A DNA stretch of 28,912 nucleotides from a virus (lineage: Duplodnaviria; Caudoviricetes): positions 1-28,912 of the IMG/VR virus record IMGVR_UViG_3300046103_002570; one strand, given 5' to 3'. The position numbers and the translations under genes are program-made. The notes beneath the pieces are model-generated. The model saw nothing but the letters and a program-made list of their open reading frames with translations, was not told the DNA's origin and ran no database searches. Below, piece after piece: positions 16,701 through 25,554 of this stretch; within the stretch, counting starts at the first letter, position 1, and each line of letters starts with the position of its first letter.

Positions 16701-17072
16701 CAACATCCAGAAGTGATCGGCGTCCTGCACCTCGATCTCTGACTCGACGCCTGTAATCGAGTATGGGCTTGTAGCTGTTGTATGTATCAACACGCCGTCG
16801 CCATCGCTAAGCCCGTGCGCGGTAGCCGTGACCAGCATAGGGCTCGAGGACGTGGTGGCGGAAAAGCTCTGCGCCGTCAGAGACCTCTTCTTATGCTCGT
16901 AACCGATGAACTCAGTCCCAGGTCGATTCATAGCGGAGCCCGATGACAGCGGAATCCAATTGCGCATCGTTGTCAACGAGGACTGCCAACGCTCTATATC
17001 ACTGCGTCCCAGTGATGTCGGCGATATCTCTCCACCGCTAAGGCTGAACTGAACCTTTCCGCTTTCAGCCAT
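13713..17072 (-). CDS. Tail tubular protein B / nozzle (1119 aa)
   Basis: QFSLSGGEISP...GRSD...NWIPLSSGSAMNRPGTEFI, IIPFEFG, FPQSVTYHQQRLVLG, LWWTRDDGVLLGMTY, GWHRH: motifs characteristic of podoviral nozzle proteins. Confidence 0.9.
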   Translation of the reverse strand: MAESGKVQFSLSGGEISPTSLGRSDIERWQSSLTTMRNWIPLSSGSAMNRPGTEFIGYEHKKRSLTAQSFSATTSSSPMLVTATAHGLSDGDGVLIHTTATSPYSITGVESEIEVQDADHFWMLGYDSSSELVSYVGTFYKVDASSRIRIIPFEFGKNDAYAIILGNNHLMIARDGALVLEDPMTVAVVEYPALGEPLSLTLVDNHDWFDNDEIYLSTFNTLFFQDHGEKRYRITLDPVLIPEPANVISMNNAAQTEIVFGVPHGISGSMRIGFTNLVGMDGLQGQTFRVEVTSATRVKLLSLGTSAYINTTDTVVYPPATFVQVGKVNRKKIHLDNTGGDVAAVLGQGATVVTASRYVIQNTPYSAAELPTLRYARAQDGKTMSITCPGRTPRKLTRNSSGNWVFSSTNFLPSITPPTDILPAAPGAGGTGTHWMKVTSVAKDTGEESIAAERYIPTGGAINVSWASVPNAFEYNVYVSRANTNSIGLVSITAAPSTTLNTLAIAPVEDQSVRPPVINNPFFVDGTAIPISGLNLAADDSPISIPATGHNLSFGSFVRIEGNGSPLDNQVFELEDTGIGPTPGFVTLRYTDGAQHFVTTTGNVIPLVVGDFPQSVTYHQQRLVLGNTVTRPQGVFATRTRSYNSMGTSSPPKDTDAISLEVVGDGVNEITHLISAGVLLAFTAGGIFEIVGNANGVLTPTATAVGIQAFGSSDVRPIVVGNSIVYVSAEGPSVVELIKSDLTTDRGSFKQGDPPLSTLASHLLDGRTLLESARGNAPDNVLWWTRDDGVLLGMTYVAAAGVVGWHRHDTLLGDFESVANVPALPRTDTYFSVKRTLNNVTKRYFERFDQRDFIDVEDAVFLDSSIKFDDAHPVSTKLDKTINLEFFIASGHPFSVGDEFDVTHRIRTAEGITNGLFHRRRLAVSSVGADSLMVRDLEGVIVNGALAFDGVDTRTLVIHKCVTSVAAADHLAGVKVGLLLDGNEGEDQVVGRGGTLTFASKHSRIVVGLPIEADLETLPPDAPGGPFESTQGMQMRAHRAVLTINNTLGLKIGPRPDALQDIRWAKTIPLKYGSALELRSGRIHTNVSPEWGEGKIFLRQSSHLPAHILSIRTQFEVDE

Positions 17073-17073
17073 C

Positions 17074-17718
17074 CTAGAGCTTGTTGTCGAATCTGGAAGA
17101 GAAACGCTCGGAAGGATCTTCGCCGTGCCGGAAGTCGATTAGCTCCTTGTTGTCTTCCCGCCTCGGCTCGCCCCGAGCGTGCGTTACGTCCATCGCTTTA
17201 TCCAGCGCAAACTCGTACTTCCCCTGCAGCAGCTCTGCGTTCTTGGCCCCGCCAGAAAACAGGGCAGCAGAATCAGCAGCAAGCTTGAAGCTGAACGCTG
17301 TAATCGCAGCCCCGCCCCAGGCGTTGTAGTTCTCGACCCGTGCCGTGTAGCAAAGCTCTGCGTTCTTACGGTCGGTCCATATCACAGCCAAGCCGCCAGC
17401 CGACTGGCCTTCCTCGAACTCGATGCGATCCTCGGGAGCGTCTCCGACAATGAACCTCGGTGACACGCTGTCTGAGGGGTAGGTGTATGCGTATGTCCAG
17501 TGCTCTGGAGGAGTACTACCGTCGAGACTGATGAATTGATACTTGCGCGCAAAACCCCACCAGCATTCTTCTAGGAAAGAATCCAGAGACTCCGGGTAGA
17601 AACGGTTCAGCGCGTTAGCGTTTACGCTCTCTTCATCTGGGTCCGCAATCTCTTGCCCCGATAGTTGCCCGAGGTTGGCGAGTGTGCGGTTGTATATGTC
17701 TGCCTTACTGGTCGGCAT
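17074..17718 (-). CDS. Tail tubular protein A / adaptor (214 aa)
   Basis: SKADIYNRTLANLG...WWGFA...WTYAYTYPSD...FSFKLAA family motifs; AGGAG RBS at 17729-17725. Confidence 0.88.
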   Translation of the reverse strand: MPTSKADIYNRTLANLGQLSGQEIADPDEESVNANALNRFYPESLDSFLEECWWGFARKYQFISLDGSTPPEHWTYAYTYPSDSVSPRFIVGDAPEDRIEFEEGQSAGGLAVIWTDRKNAELCYTARVENYNAWGGAAITAFSFKLAADSAALFSGGAKNAELLQGKYEFALDKAMDVTHARGEPRREDNKELIDFRHGEDPSERFSSRFDNKL

Positions 17719-17724
17719 CTGTTG

Positions 17725-17787
17725 CTCCTGCGGGACAAACTGGACACCACGAGCGCCGAGGTGTCCAGTTCTACCCGCTGACAGGAG
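17725..17787 (-). promoter_or_regulatory. Extended stem-loop (terminator/attenuator-like) covering the RBS of tail tubular protein A
   Basis: Perfect 11-bp inverted repeat at 17738-17748/17760-17770, extended by GCGGG/CCCGC (17730-34/17774-78) and CTCCT/AGGAG (17725-29/17783-87). Confidence 0.7.
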
Positions 17788-17810
17788 GGTGAGTTCTAAT
17801 CAGCGAACTC

Positions 17811-18320
17811 TTATGACCCTGCTTCAAGTGCGTTCGTGATCAGCTTGGACGTGAGCCAAGCCGGGTACTTCTTCTGACCAGTTTCCTCGAGCAGGATTCG
17901 TTCCATCTCGAGCCTTACAGCTTCAACCTTTGGCTTGCCGCGTGTCACATTGTCAGCGATGTCCATATCCACTGAATGATATGCACTTCGGATGATCTCA
18001 CGGTCATGAGCACCGCTACCACGCTCTGCCTCGACAACTCTATTTGAGTTAGTCGAGGCAGTGCGCAGATCGTCGAGTGAGTTCTGCGGCAAAGCTGCGG
18101 CAATCTCCGCAGATTCAGCCTTGCCGATCGTCCTAAGCACAACCCAGTGCGGGGGGTGGGCACGCCAACGCTCAGTGAGTTCCACGCCCTCCTCATCACC
18201 TTCGGGAGGGACTAGAGGCCAGTGCCATTCGTGTTCCGAATCCACCCTGATCCGCTTCTCAGCTTCACCTGGCCCCATCTTCATCATCCCGCTGCTCGTG
18301 CAACCTAGTAGAACCGACAT
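17811..18320 (-). CDS. Hypothetical protein (169 aa) in the head module
   Basis: ATG preceded by a purine-rich GAGAGGGGTGAAAGAAGC leader; fills the gap between the cement and adaptor genes; no motif recognised. Confidence 0.7.
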   Translation of the reverse strand: MSVLLGCTSSGMMKMGPGEAEKRIRVDSEHEWHWPLVPPEGDEEGVELTERWRAHPPHWVVLRTIGKAESAEIAAALPQNSLDDLRTASTNSNRVVEAERGSGAHDREIIRSAYHSVDMDIADNVTRGKPKVEAVRLEMERILLEETGQKKYPAWLTSKLITNALEAGS

Positions 18321-18353
18321 GCTTCTTTCACCCCTCTCTGTGTTGCTCGTTGA

Positions 18354-18773
18354 TTACGAGCGGTTGGCTTGCGGTGCATCAGTGAAGTAACAGTCCACCG
18401 TTCCGAGTGGAGTACCGGGCAGTGTCGCCTCAACGCGGCTGTACTTCTTGGTGATGGTCGGAACTGCAATGGTTCCGATCACCGTGCCAGCAGCCACATT
18501 CTGGGTCACAGCAATCGAACCCCCCAGAGCGTCCGAGCCAGCCCATACACTACTAGTGGTGGGATCTGTGTTGCTGTCCGATTCGGACACCGTGAACGAA
18601 CCGACTGCGTTCATCCCCGTAATCGCCGTCTTGGCCGAAATAACCAACCAGAGACCTTGAGATGGTCCAGGCCCGCGACCCCCGGCTCCTGCGTGCTCGA
18701 TTTCGTTTGTGCTGGTGAATGCTGCGGCCACAGCTTGACCGTCTGAGTATGTACCGTTCTTGTCCGTAGACAT
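18354..18773 (-). CDS. Capsid cement/decoration protein (Bbp16-like, 139 aa)
   Basis: MSTDKNGTYSDGQAV...STNEIE N-terminus and KKYSRV C-terminal motif match the BPP-1 Bbp16 family; AAGGAG RBS; follows the major capsid gene. Confidence 0.8.
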   Translation of the reverse strand: MSTDKNGTYSDGQAVAAAFTSTNEIEHAGAGGRGPGPSQGLWLVISAKTAITGMNAVGSFTVSESDSNTDPTTSSVWAGSDALGGSIAVTQNVAAGTVIGTIAVPTITKKYSRVEATLPGTPLGTVDCYFTDAPQANRS

Positions 18774-18804
18774 GTGTTGTTCTCCTTCTCGCGGTTAGGC
18801 GAGA

Positions 18805-19791
18805 TCAGATGTTCGAGTTGGTGTTCGTGAGGAAGTCGGTCTGGATGATCGGAGAGCCCAGGAAGTGGGGAATCTGCTTCCCTTCCCAAGTGTCCAGGCT
18901 CAAGTTCATCTGGGTGTTGTTCCGCGCATCCTTGTGAAGCTGCGCCGCGACCGTGCGGTTGCAGTACCACTTCCCACCTGGACCCTGAAGCTTGCTCGGG
19001 ATTCTGTAGTAGGCATCGATCATCAACTCGTCGATGTTCGCTGCAGTCAACGTGGCCGAACTTTCTGCGTCGATGTTCGCGATGCGAGCAATAGACCGAT
19101 AGTCTTCGACCATCAGCCCGACGTTCCACTCGTAGTGAGTGGAGTACGCCATGATGTGCTTGCCGTTCCCATCCAGGTCGACCTTGTCGACGCCAAGGTC
19201 ATGCGTCTGCAATCCGCCCATGTGGTTCTTGCCAAAGAACAGCGAGCACTGACGTTCGCCCCATCCGACGTAGAAAATGTCAGTCATGGTCGCGCCAGTG
19301 CCTCCGCCGGACACCACCTGGCCGAAGTTGTCCCCGCTTGTGCTGGAGTTGTACCGCTGCTTCAAGCCGGTGAACTCCTTGTGGTTCGTTGCACGGTCAC
19401 CACTGAAAACGGTGTCCTCGACTTCTTCGGAAAGGCCGATGATAAACGCAGCCTCTTCCTGCATCCGTGCGGCACGCTTGTCGGGGGCACCGTCAACGTA
19501 ACGCTTGGGGATGTGAGAGAAGATCTCGAGAGTGCCAGATGCATCCCAGATCTCTTCCGTTGTCGACCGCTCGCTTCCGACTCCTTCCGTCATCGAGGTC
19601 CACGTACCAGATGGGTACGTCTTCCGACTGACCGATGTGTTGCCGTTCGTCTCGTTGCCGGACTTCACCATCATTGACGCCAACGAGCGATTCGATTTCG
19701 CCGCGATCTCGATGATGGTCCGGGTTCCATTCTTGTCCATTCGCTTGACGCGCTCGTCAAATGTAAGGACGTCCGTTGCTAGAGTTGCCAC
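18805..19791 (-). CDS. Major capsid protein (BPP-1 Bbp17 / epsilon15 gp7-like, 328 aa)
   Basis: MATLATDVLT..., EFTGLKQRY, TDIFYVGWG, GLMVEDYRSIARIANID, WYCNRT, FLGSPIIQTD; GTG start with GAAAGG RBS. Confidence 0.93.
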   Translation of the reverse strand: MATLATDVLTFDERVKRMDKNGTRTIIEIAAKSNRSLASMMVKSGNETNGNTSVSRKTYPSGTWTSMTEGVGSERSTTEEIWDASGTLEIFSHIPKRYVDGAPDKRAARMQEEAAFIIGLSEEVEDTVFSGDRATNHKEFTGLKQRYNSSTSGDNFGQVVSGGGTGATMTDIFYVGWGERQCSLFFGKNHMGGLQTHDLGVDKVDLDGNGKHIMAYSTHYEWNVGLMVEDYRSIARIANIDAESSATLTAANIDELMIDAYYRIPSKLQGPGGKWYCNRTVAAQLHKDARNNTQMNLSLDTWEGKQIPHFLGSPIIQTDFLTNTNSNI

Positions 19792-19871
19792 TGCTAAATA
19801 CCTTTCGATTTTTGCAGAGCATCAAGCACGCTTAATTCTGATAGGCCGAAGCCAATACGCTCGTTCGCAGA

Positions 19872-20687
19872 CTAATTAGACGCAACACGGTTGGGCAAAG
19901 CATCTTCGTCCCATCCCATCTTTTCATGCGCCTTCTTAGTTTCCCAATCACTGTCGCCACCACCACCGTCACCGGGGCCGTCCAACGTGTCGGGTCGCGT
20001 TCCTTCTGCTGCCGCTTTAAAAAATGCCATGAGTTTAGGCTCGACGAACAACCCACGTTCTTGAAGCATGTCAATCACGCCCTCACCTAAACCCGAATCT
20101 TGCATCGACTTGCTTTTGACAACATTGCCTATGTAGGTGCCGACCATCTTCATGTTGGCCTCGAAATTCTCCGAGCTGCCACCTAGATATTCGCTGTCTC
20201 GCGCTTCTTGTTCTGACTTTTTGTCGCGCTCACTTTGCATCTGCTCCTGCTGCACAATCAGGTTGGGGATGATCCGATCAAGCATGTGGCTAGTCATCTT
20301 GTCTATCAGCTTCTGGGCAGTCTCTTGACTGGCTCCAACGTCTGAAAAGACCGCAGACCAACCTTCGGCATCGTCCTCTGTCCATCCCATGCCATCGGGC
20401 ACATTGAAGTCGGAATACTTTTCAGGCGAACCAGCCGCTTCTTCGGGCTGTTGGCCTTCATCTTCATCCCCACTCCCCTCGCCTTCACTTGCAGTGGTTT
20501 CCTCTGAGCCACCTGACTCATCAGACTCTTCCGATGCGGCTAACGCTGCACTGGCAACCTGTGTGCCCATGCCTGCGCCGTCATCGCTATCGGTTGTTTC
20601 GTTTGTATCGACTGCCTGACCCGTGTCGACTGCTTCAGTCTCTGCTGAAGATTCCTCGACCGCCCCGCTTTCCTGTTCCTCGCTCAT
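19872..20687 (-). CDS. Capsid scaffolding protein (271 aa)
   Basis: Very acidic, disordered N-terminus, PEKYSDFNVPDG motif and SQETAQKLID helix; directly upstream of the major capsid gene. Confidence 0.85.
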   Translation of the reverse strand: MSEEQESGAVEESSAETEAVDTGQAVDTNETTDSDDGAGMGTQVASAALAASEESDESGGSEETTASEGEGSGDEDEGQQPEEAAGSPEKYSDFNVPDGMGWTEDDAEGWSAVFSDVGASQETAQKLIDKMTSHMLDRIIPNLIVQQEQMQSERDKKSEQEARDSEYLGGSSENFEANMKMVGTYIGNVVKSKSMQDSGLGEGVIDMLQERGLFVEPKLMAFFKAAAEGTRPDTLDGPGDGGGGDSDWETKKAHEKMGWDEDALPNRVASN

Positions 20688-20971
20688 GCCTGTTCACCCC
20701 CTCGCCGTTGATCGTTGTCTATCTTGACTTGTTTTTCTCTGTTGAAATGCTCTGAAAGCATCAGCAGTGTCCCCGCCTCGTTCACTGCCATCGCGTAGAA
20801 GAAGTACTCGTATGCAATCGTCTGGGCAACGATGCCCTCTTCGCCAATAGGCCCGACAAGGAGGCCGAGCGAGTTGAGAAGCCCCGCAATGGCAGCCCTG
20901 CCGTCAACGTCTTGCATCTGATTCGCGAGCCATACTTCTTCAGCTTGGTCGATGCTCCAGTCTTTACTCAT
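20684..20971 (-). CDS. Small protein between portal and scaffold (Bbp19-like, 95 aa)
   Basis: MQDVDGRAAIAGLL resembles the M-x3-GR motif of Bbp19-like proteins; ATGA overlaps on both sides. Confidence 0.7.
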   Translation of the reverse strand: MSKDWSIDQAEEVWLANQMQDVDGRAAIAGLLNSLGLLVGPIGEEGIVAQTIAYEYFFYAMAVNEAGTLLMLSEHFNREKQVKIDNDQRRGGEQA

Positions 20972-22671
20972 ACGCCAGACACCGCGTCGAGCGCCGTTGT
21001 ACCGTCACTGAGCGGCGTGTTGCTGAGTGTCTGGGCCGTCTTGGCCTCTTCCTGCTGCCGCTCTTGAGCCGCCTGTTCCTCTGCCTGTTGCGCCCTCTGC
21101 TGCCGACCCTCATCGCGCTGCCTTGGGTCAACCTGCAACTTCGGATTGACGAAGAACCCCTGACGCAGCTCAGTCGCGAGTAGATCCAGATCTAGGTTGT
21201 CACTAGCAGGAGCCCGTCCAGGGAATGACTGGTCAAGGGTTGCCATTGCATTCGCGTATCCCATCGCTGCATTCGTCAATGATGAAGCCTGCTCGAGCGA
21301 TAGCTGGTTTACGAAGTCGACGCGGAGCTTCAGACCTTGGAGAATCTCCGGCGGTTCCTCGAACTTGCGATCACGTTCTGCGTAATCCCACATGACTTCA
21401 ACCATATGACGAAGCGATGTGTTGACTGAGCGAAGCAGCGGTCCAAGCAGTGACGCTGCTTCAGCCCTGCGCTCTTGCACTTCGGGAATGGTCATGTTGT
21501 GGTTGCCCGTCTGGTCGAGGATCGAAAACGTCCTGAACACAGATGCGCCTGATATCTCTTGGATCTTGCGCTCCCGATCTCGCGTGGTGTCCTTCATCTC
21601 CTGGTAAGGGAACTGGACCTGGAAGGTTGGCCGGATCGCGTCAGACCTCTGCCCTCGGTATCGGTTGATCCCGTTCATCCTTCCGTCTGCACGTCGCAAT
21701 GCATGGGGCACGTTCAGCGGGGGCGAGATCATCTTCCCCGTACCCTTGGCTAGCTGCTCCTCTTCCTTCTGCAGTTGACGTGACTCCGGCAGCACCCGCA
21801 TTCCGCGAGCGTATCCACCGTATACCTGTTCGCCCACTGCACCCGTGATGATCGTGACGATGGGGAACATGTGCATCCCGCCAATCTTCAGCGGAGGCTC
21901 GTTGTCACCAACGCCGTCTTCCCATGTGATCGACCGGAACCTCATCCCGCGCCAGTCAAGGAAGTTACGGTCGCGGTCGACGTTGGGCTCGATCAAGTTA
22001 GAGCATTTGACGAAGTGGTCTCGCTCTGCACCCGAATCAGCGTTGTACTTTTCGCGAGTGGCCCGACTCACTGCATTGATGCCGTAAAGCTCGACCAGTT
22101 GGCGCACGGTTCGCGCATATCGGTACAGGCATGTATCAGGGGTTCCATCACCGCCGTTCGCTAGCTGGAATGATCCAATAGGCAGATGGGTCGCCTTGAA
22201 CGTGTTGGTCGGGTGTGGGTCGAGACGGAATGCAGCAGTGCCAAACGCCGCCGCTTCCGCGTACCACTGCGGCATGGTGTCATAGACGTTCGAGTCATTG
22301 ATCAGGCTGTAGAGAGTCCTGAGCTGACGCCAGACATGGTCCTGTATGGTCTTGTCGTCCTTGAGGTCTTCGTCTTCAGGCGTAACTTGAATCCATGGCA
22401 GCGCGGGGTTGCTGACCGAGTTCATCATGCCCGAAGCGACTGTGTGTATCGACTCTTCTGGCATCCCGTTGTTGATAGCCTGATTGATCCTGCCACCGTG
22501 GTTCGGGTCGTAGTCCCGCGACTCTAGATACTCGCCTCTGCGGTTCAGACAATACCGCGCAATGTCTCGGAAGTGAGCACGCCAGCCACCAGTCTCGAAT
22601 GCATCGAGCAGTGAGCCAGCCCTACCCTTGGCCCGCTTCATGATCCTCATCACATTGGGAGAGGCTTCCAT
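20968..22671 (-). CDS. Portal (head-to-tail connector) protein (567 aa)
   Basis: ASGMMNSVSNPALPWI, AAFGTA, TVRQLVELYG, MTIPEVQERRAEAASLLGPLL: motifs of the T7/BPP-1-type head-tail connector. Confidence 0.93.
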   Translation of the reverse strand: MEASPNVMRIMKRAKGRAGSLLDAFETGGWRAHFRDIARYCLNRRGEYLESRDYDPNHGGRINQAINNGMPEESIHTVASGMMNSVSNPALPWIQVTPEDEDLKDDKTIQDHVWRQLRTLYSLINDSNVYDTMPQWYAEAAAFGTAAFRLDPHPTNTFKATHLPIGSFQLANGGDGTPDTCLYRYARTVRQLVELYGINAVSRATREKYNADSGAERDHFVKCSNLIEPNVDRDRNFLDWRGMRFRSITWEDGVGDNEPPLKIGGMHMFPIVTIITGAVGEQVYGGYARGMRVLPESRQLQKEEEQLAKGTGKMISPPLNVPHALRRADGRMNGINRYRGQRSDAIRPTFQVQFPYQEMKDTTRDRERKIQEISGASVFRTFSILDQTGNHNMTIPEVQERRAEAASLLGPLLRSVNTSLRHMVEVMWDYAERDRKFEEPPEILQGLKLRVDFVNQLSLEQASSLTNAAMGYANAMATLDQSFPGRAPASDNLDLDLLATELRQGFFVNPKLQVDPRQRDEGRQQRAQQAEEQAAQERQQEEAKTAQTLSNTPLSDGTTALDAVSGV

Positions 22672-23315
22672 CAGATGGAGCCACTCAGCGAGCCGGAGTT
22701 GAGTTGCTGGCGGGCCAGGTGAGACGGATCGAACAAGCCGGTAGTAGCAGCCTTGAATGCTTGACCCGAGGCAGCTTTCCCCGCGCGCTGTTTCTGGCTG
22801 GCAAGGTTCTGAGTCGACCGGGATACCTTTGTGTCGGCCAGTGCAGCCGCTGAAGATCCCTGTGCGGCTGCCCTCGCTTCTTCGTCGGTGGTGTAGTTCA
22901 ACCCTGCAATATTCGCCTGAATGATCGCGGCGGTCTGGCTGATATTGTTGAAGCTAGCGCCTGGGTTGAGCGAGTATTTACTTGTGTCGCCACGGGTGAT
23001 AAGGAACTCTGTCAGGCTTTCGACGCCAAAGCCATGCTTCTTCATGCCCTTTGCAGTCCCTTTTTTGTCCTTCTTTGCGAATGAGTACAGTGCCCGCTCT
23101 GCGGCTGCAGACCCGTACTGGTCAACGATGTGCTGATACTGGTTCGTGGTGAGCTTCTGATCCTTCCCGCCCTGTCTTTCGGCTTTCAAATTATCGTTGA
23201 CTCTTTTGAGCGACCCGGCTGTCTGGGATGCGAATCGGTTTGACAACCTCCTGATCCGGTCTGCCCTTGTCGCCGCCTGACCTTGCTCGAATGGATCGCT
23301 AGCCCAATGTGCCAT
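22671..23315 (-). CDS. Hypothetical protein (214 aa), possibly virion-associated
   Basis: Overlaps the terL stop and portal start by 1 bp; basic and Ala/Gln-rich, ending in a low-complexity tail like pre-portal proteins of this phage type. Confidence 0.7.
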   Translation of the reverse strand: MAHWASDPFEQGQAATRADRIRRLSNRFASQTAGSLKRVNDNLKAERQGGKDQKLTTNQYQHIVDQYGSAAAERALYSFAKKDKKGTAKGMKKHGFGVESLTEFLITRGDTSKYSLNPGASFNNISQTAAIIQANIAGLNYTTDEEARAAAQGSSAAALADTKVSRSTQNLASQKQRAGKAASGQAFKAATTGLFDPSHLARQQLNSGSLSGSI

Positions 23316-24925
23316 TAGAACTTCTCCTTGCGGTCACTGCCATTCAGGTGACGCATCCGACTACGCCAATCCCTCTTCGCCTGGGTGTGTGAGCCTGCGC
23401 TTTCATTCATCCCGTCTTCCTCGTTCCATTGATTGAAATCATCGTTGACTCTTTCGTTGTTCATTGAACCCATGTGCTCGATCGAGATCAGCTCGGTGGT
23501 CTCATAGGCATGGGTCAACATGAATGCATCCGCGATGTCGGGTGAAGCTTCACCGCGCTTGAGCAAAGAGATCTTCGACTCCATCTGCAGCTTCGACGAT
23601 GCGTTTGCAATCACCTCAAGCACCGTCAGCTCAGACTTGAATCGCTCGTCATTCCACAGCGCCCCACCGTCTTGAATCCAATTCTTGCCCTTGAGCCACA
23701 TGTCCGCACGCTTATTCAGGTTGCGCTCTGGGAACTCAGATGAACTGGCAGAGTGGACGCCGACAATATTAAACCCGAGCTCAAGTAGTCGGTCGACGAT
23801 CGGGCCGCCGAGCCCATCAGCATCACCGTAGATGATGTCCGGCTGCAGTTCTTTGAGACGGTGGGCAAGCTTGGACACCAACACCATCGAGTCAGTCTCG
23901 CCCTTGTAGATGTCGGGCTGGTGGAGTTGGCCGTCCTTGCCTCGACGCCAGTACATGACGGTCGAGCAGTTGCCGCTACGCGCAAAGTCGATGCCGCAGA
24001 TCAGCGGGTCATCAGCCAGTGACACACCATCCCGAGCCATTGCCTTCTCAACGTCTGGCGTTGATATGAACTGCTCTGCAGATGCCCGTGGAAACAAGCC
24101 ACGCACTCTGATGCGAAAGAAGTCGGAGTCTTCGCCGTGCTCTTCAGCCCACTGCTGCATCAACTCCTTGTTCGTACCCGGCACGTCACGCGAATCGATC
24201 TGGCGCGAGTGCCAATAGCTCGATCGCTTGCCAAATGTTTCGTAGAAGAATCCAGAGTTGCGAGTGGGGTTGCCCCAGGCGAGGTGAATGATCTGAGTGT
24301 TCTCGTCGGTCTTCGCGCCGTCGATCACTTCCCAGATGATTCGAGGTATTGCGCTCGCTTCATCAAACTGGAGGAGGATACGACGGTCCCTGTTATGCAA
24401 CCCCTGGAACGCTTCAGTATTCTGTTCGTTCCAGGGGGCAGCCTGGGTTGCCCAACTTTTTCTATCACCTGATTCAGACGAGAACAACTGCGTTGCCGTC
24501 CAGGTGAAGAAGGGCCGCGAGATGCTCAGGTTGTGCCACTTAGACATCTCTGCCCAGGTCTTGTCTTTTAGCTGGTCCAATGTGTTCGCAGTAGTCACGC
24601 CGCGAGCGTTACGCATCGTCGACATGTTCCAGTCATTCAGCATCGCGGTGAGAGCAGACTTGCCAATGCCGTGCCCCGAAGCCACGCTGATCTGGATCGG
24701 CATGATTGGCTTCTCACCACTGCGGATAGCCTCAAGCTCATCACGAATCAGCGTTGCAGTCTCGATGTGCCACTTGTGTGGTTCAGCCTGCGCCAATGCA
24801 GTGCCCGACACTCCCCACGGATATGCGTGTTCAATCCACCGGACTGGGTCATTCTGGCAGGAGACAGCGAACTCCAGATACCTGTCTACGTCGGACTGAG
24901 CGATGTCGGAAGTAGCGGCGCTCAT
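23315..24925 (-). CDS. terL: Terminase large subunit
   Basis: Walker A VASGHGIGKS, Walker B LLQFDEAS, coupling motif GNPT, RNase H-like nuclease GIDFAR...GDADGLG...SPDIADA. Confidence 0.96.
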   Translation of the reverse strand: MSAATSDIAQSDVDRYLEFAVSCQNDPVRWIEHAYPWGVSGTALAQAEPHKWHIETATLIRDELEAIRSGEKPIMPIQISVASGHGIGKSALTAMLNDWNMSTMRNARGVTTANTLDQLKDKTWAEMSKWHNLSISRPFFTWTATQLFSSESGDRKSWATQAAPWNEQNTEAFQGLHNRDRRILLQFDEASAIPRIIWEVIDGAKTDENTQIIHLAWGNPTRNSGFFYETFGKRSSYWHSRQIDSRDVPGTNKELMQQWAEEHGEDSDFFRIRVRGLFPRASAEQFISTPDVEKAMARDGVSLADDPLICGIDFARSGNCSTVMYWRRGKDGQLHQPDIYKGETDSMVLVSKLAHRLKELQPDIIYGDADGLGGPIVDRLLELGFNIVGVHSASSSEFPERNLNKRADMWLKGKNWIQDGGALWNDERFKSELTVLEVIANASSKLQMESKISLLKRGEASPDIADAFMLTHAYETTELISIEHMGSMNNERVNDDFNQWNEEDGMNESAGSHTQAKRDWRSRMRHLNGSDRKEKF

Positions 24926-25494
24926 TCAACCACACCTAGCCTTGCGGCGATCTCGTCCATGCGATTGCCGAAGTTGTGTGAAACCTCGACCTGCTCTGAC
25001 CATGCCTGTACTGCCCTGTGCCGACCTGCTTGTGACACTGCCTTAACCCGGTCATGCAGTTTTAGATCGACCTCTGTGATCTCGTTACCGTAGGTGTCGT
25101 AGCGCGTTGTGGTTTTGATCGACGTGATCTGCGCAGCGACATCATCCGGCAGTGCCGATATCTGGGCTAGCGAGATGGGCTCGCCGTCGACGATGAAGTT
25201 CTTGACGTTGGTACTGCAGAGCGGAATGAGGTCACGCAGTGCCTGGTCGGCGTCGTACTTGACCCGCTGAGACCGAGCAGCTTCAGCAGCGTTCACAGCC
25301 GCCAGAATATTAGGTTTGGTTAGCAGCCGCGATGCTTGTACAGCCGCCCCGTTCGGGGAGTACCCGGCGCGGATTGCGGCCTTTGTTGCAACCCCGTCGA
25401 CAGCGAACTCGTCGACGAACCGGCGCTGCCTCAGACTGAGCTCTGCACAGCCCGACGCAGTCTTGCGCTTTTTATTTTTCTTCACTGCCGGCAA
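24922..25494 (-). CDS. terS: Terminase small subunit
   Basis: LSLRQRRFVDEF...ATKAAIRAGYS...ASRLL HTH motif and LKLHDRVKA; ATGA overlap with terL. Start uncertain (TTG at 25494 or GTG at 25485). Confidence 0.93.
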   Translation of the reverse strand: MPAVKKNKKRKTASGCAELSLRQRRFVDEFAVDGVATKAAIRAGYSPNGAAVQASRLLTKPNILAAVNAAEAARSQRVKYDADQALRDLIPLCSTNVKNFIVDGEPISLAQISALPDDVAAQITSIKTTTRYDTYGNEITEVDLKLHDRVKAVSQAGRHRAVQAWSEQVEVSHNFGNRMDEIAARLGVVE

Positions 25495-25524
25495 GCAAAC
25501 CCCGAGTCACTTGAACTTCATCGG

Positions 25525-25554
25525 AATTTAAGACCCAAAAACAGTACAAGTCAA
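25525..25554 (-). promoter_or_regulatory. Candidate sigma70-like promoter for the packaging/structural operon
   Basis: TTGACT (25554-25549), 18-bp spacer, TAAATT (25530-25525), about 30 bp upstream of terS. Confidence 0.35.

Noticed and set aside
18611-19129. Alternative-frame ORF crossing the capsid stop, as a T7 10B-like frameshift extension
   Set aside because: No clear slippery sequence near the capsid 3' end. The extension runs out of frame over the cement gene and does not look protein-like.
19841-19856. C(UUCG)G mini-hairpin in the scaffold-capsid intergenic region (minus strand)
   Set aside because: Only a 3-bp core stem with a mismatched extension; too weak to call without covariation data.
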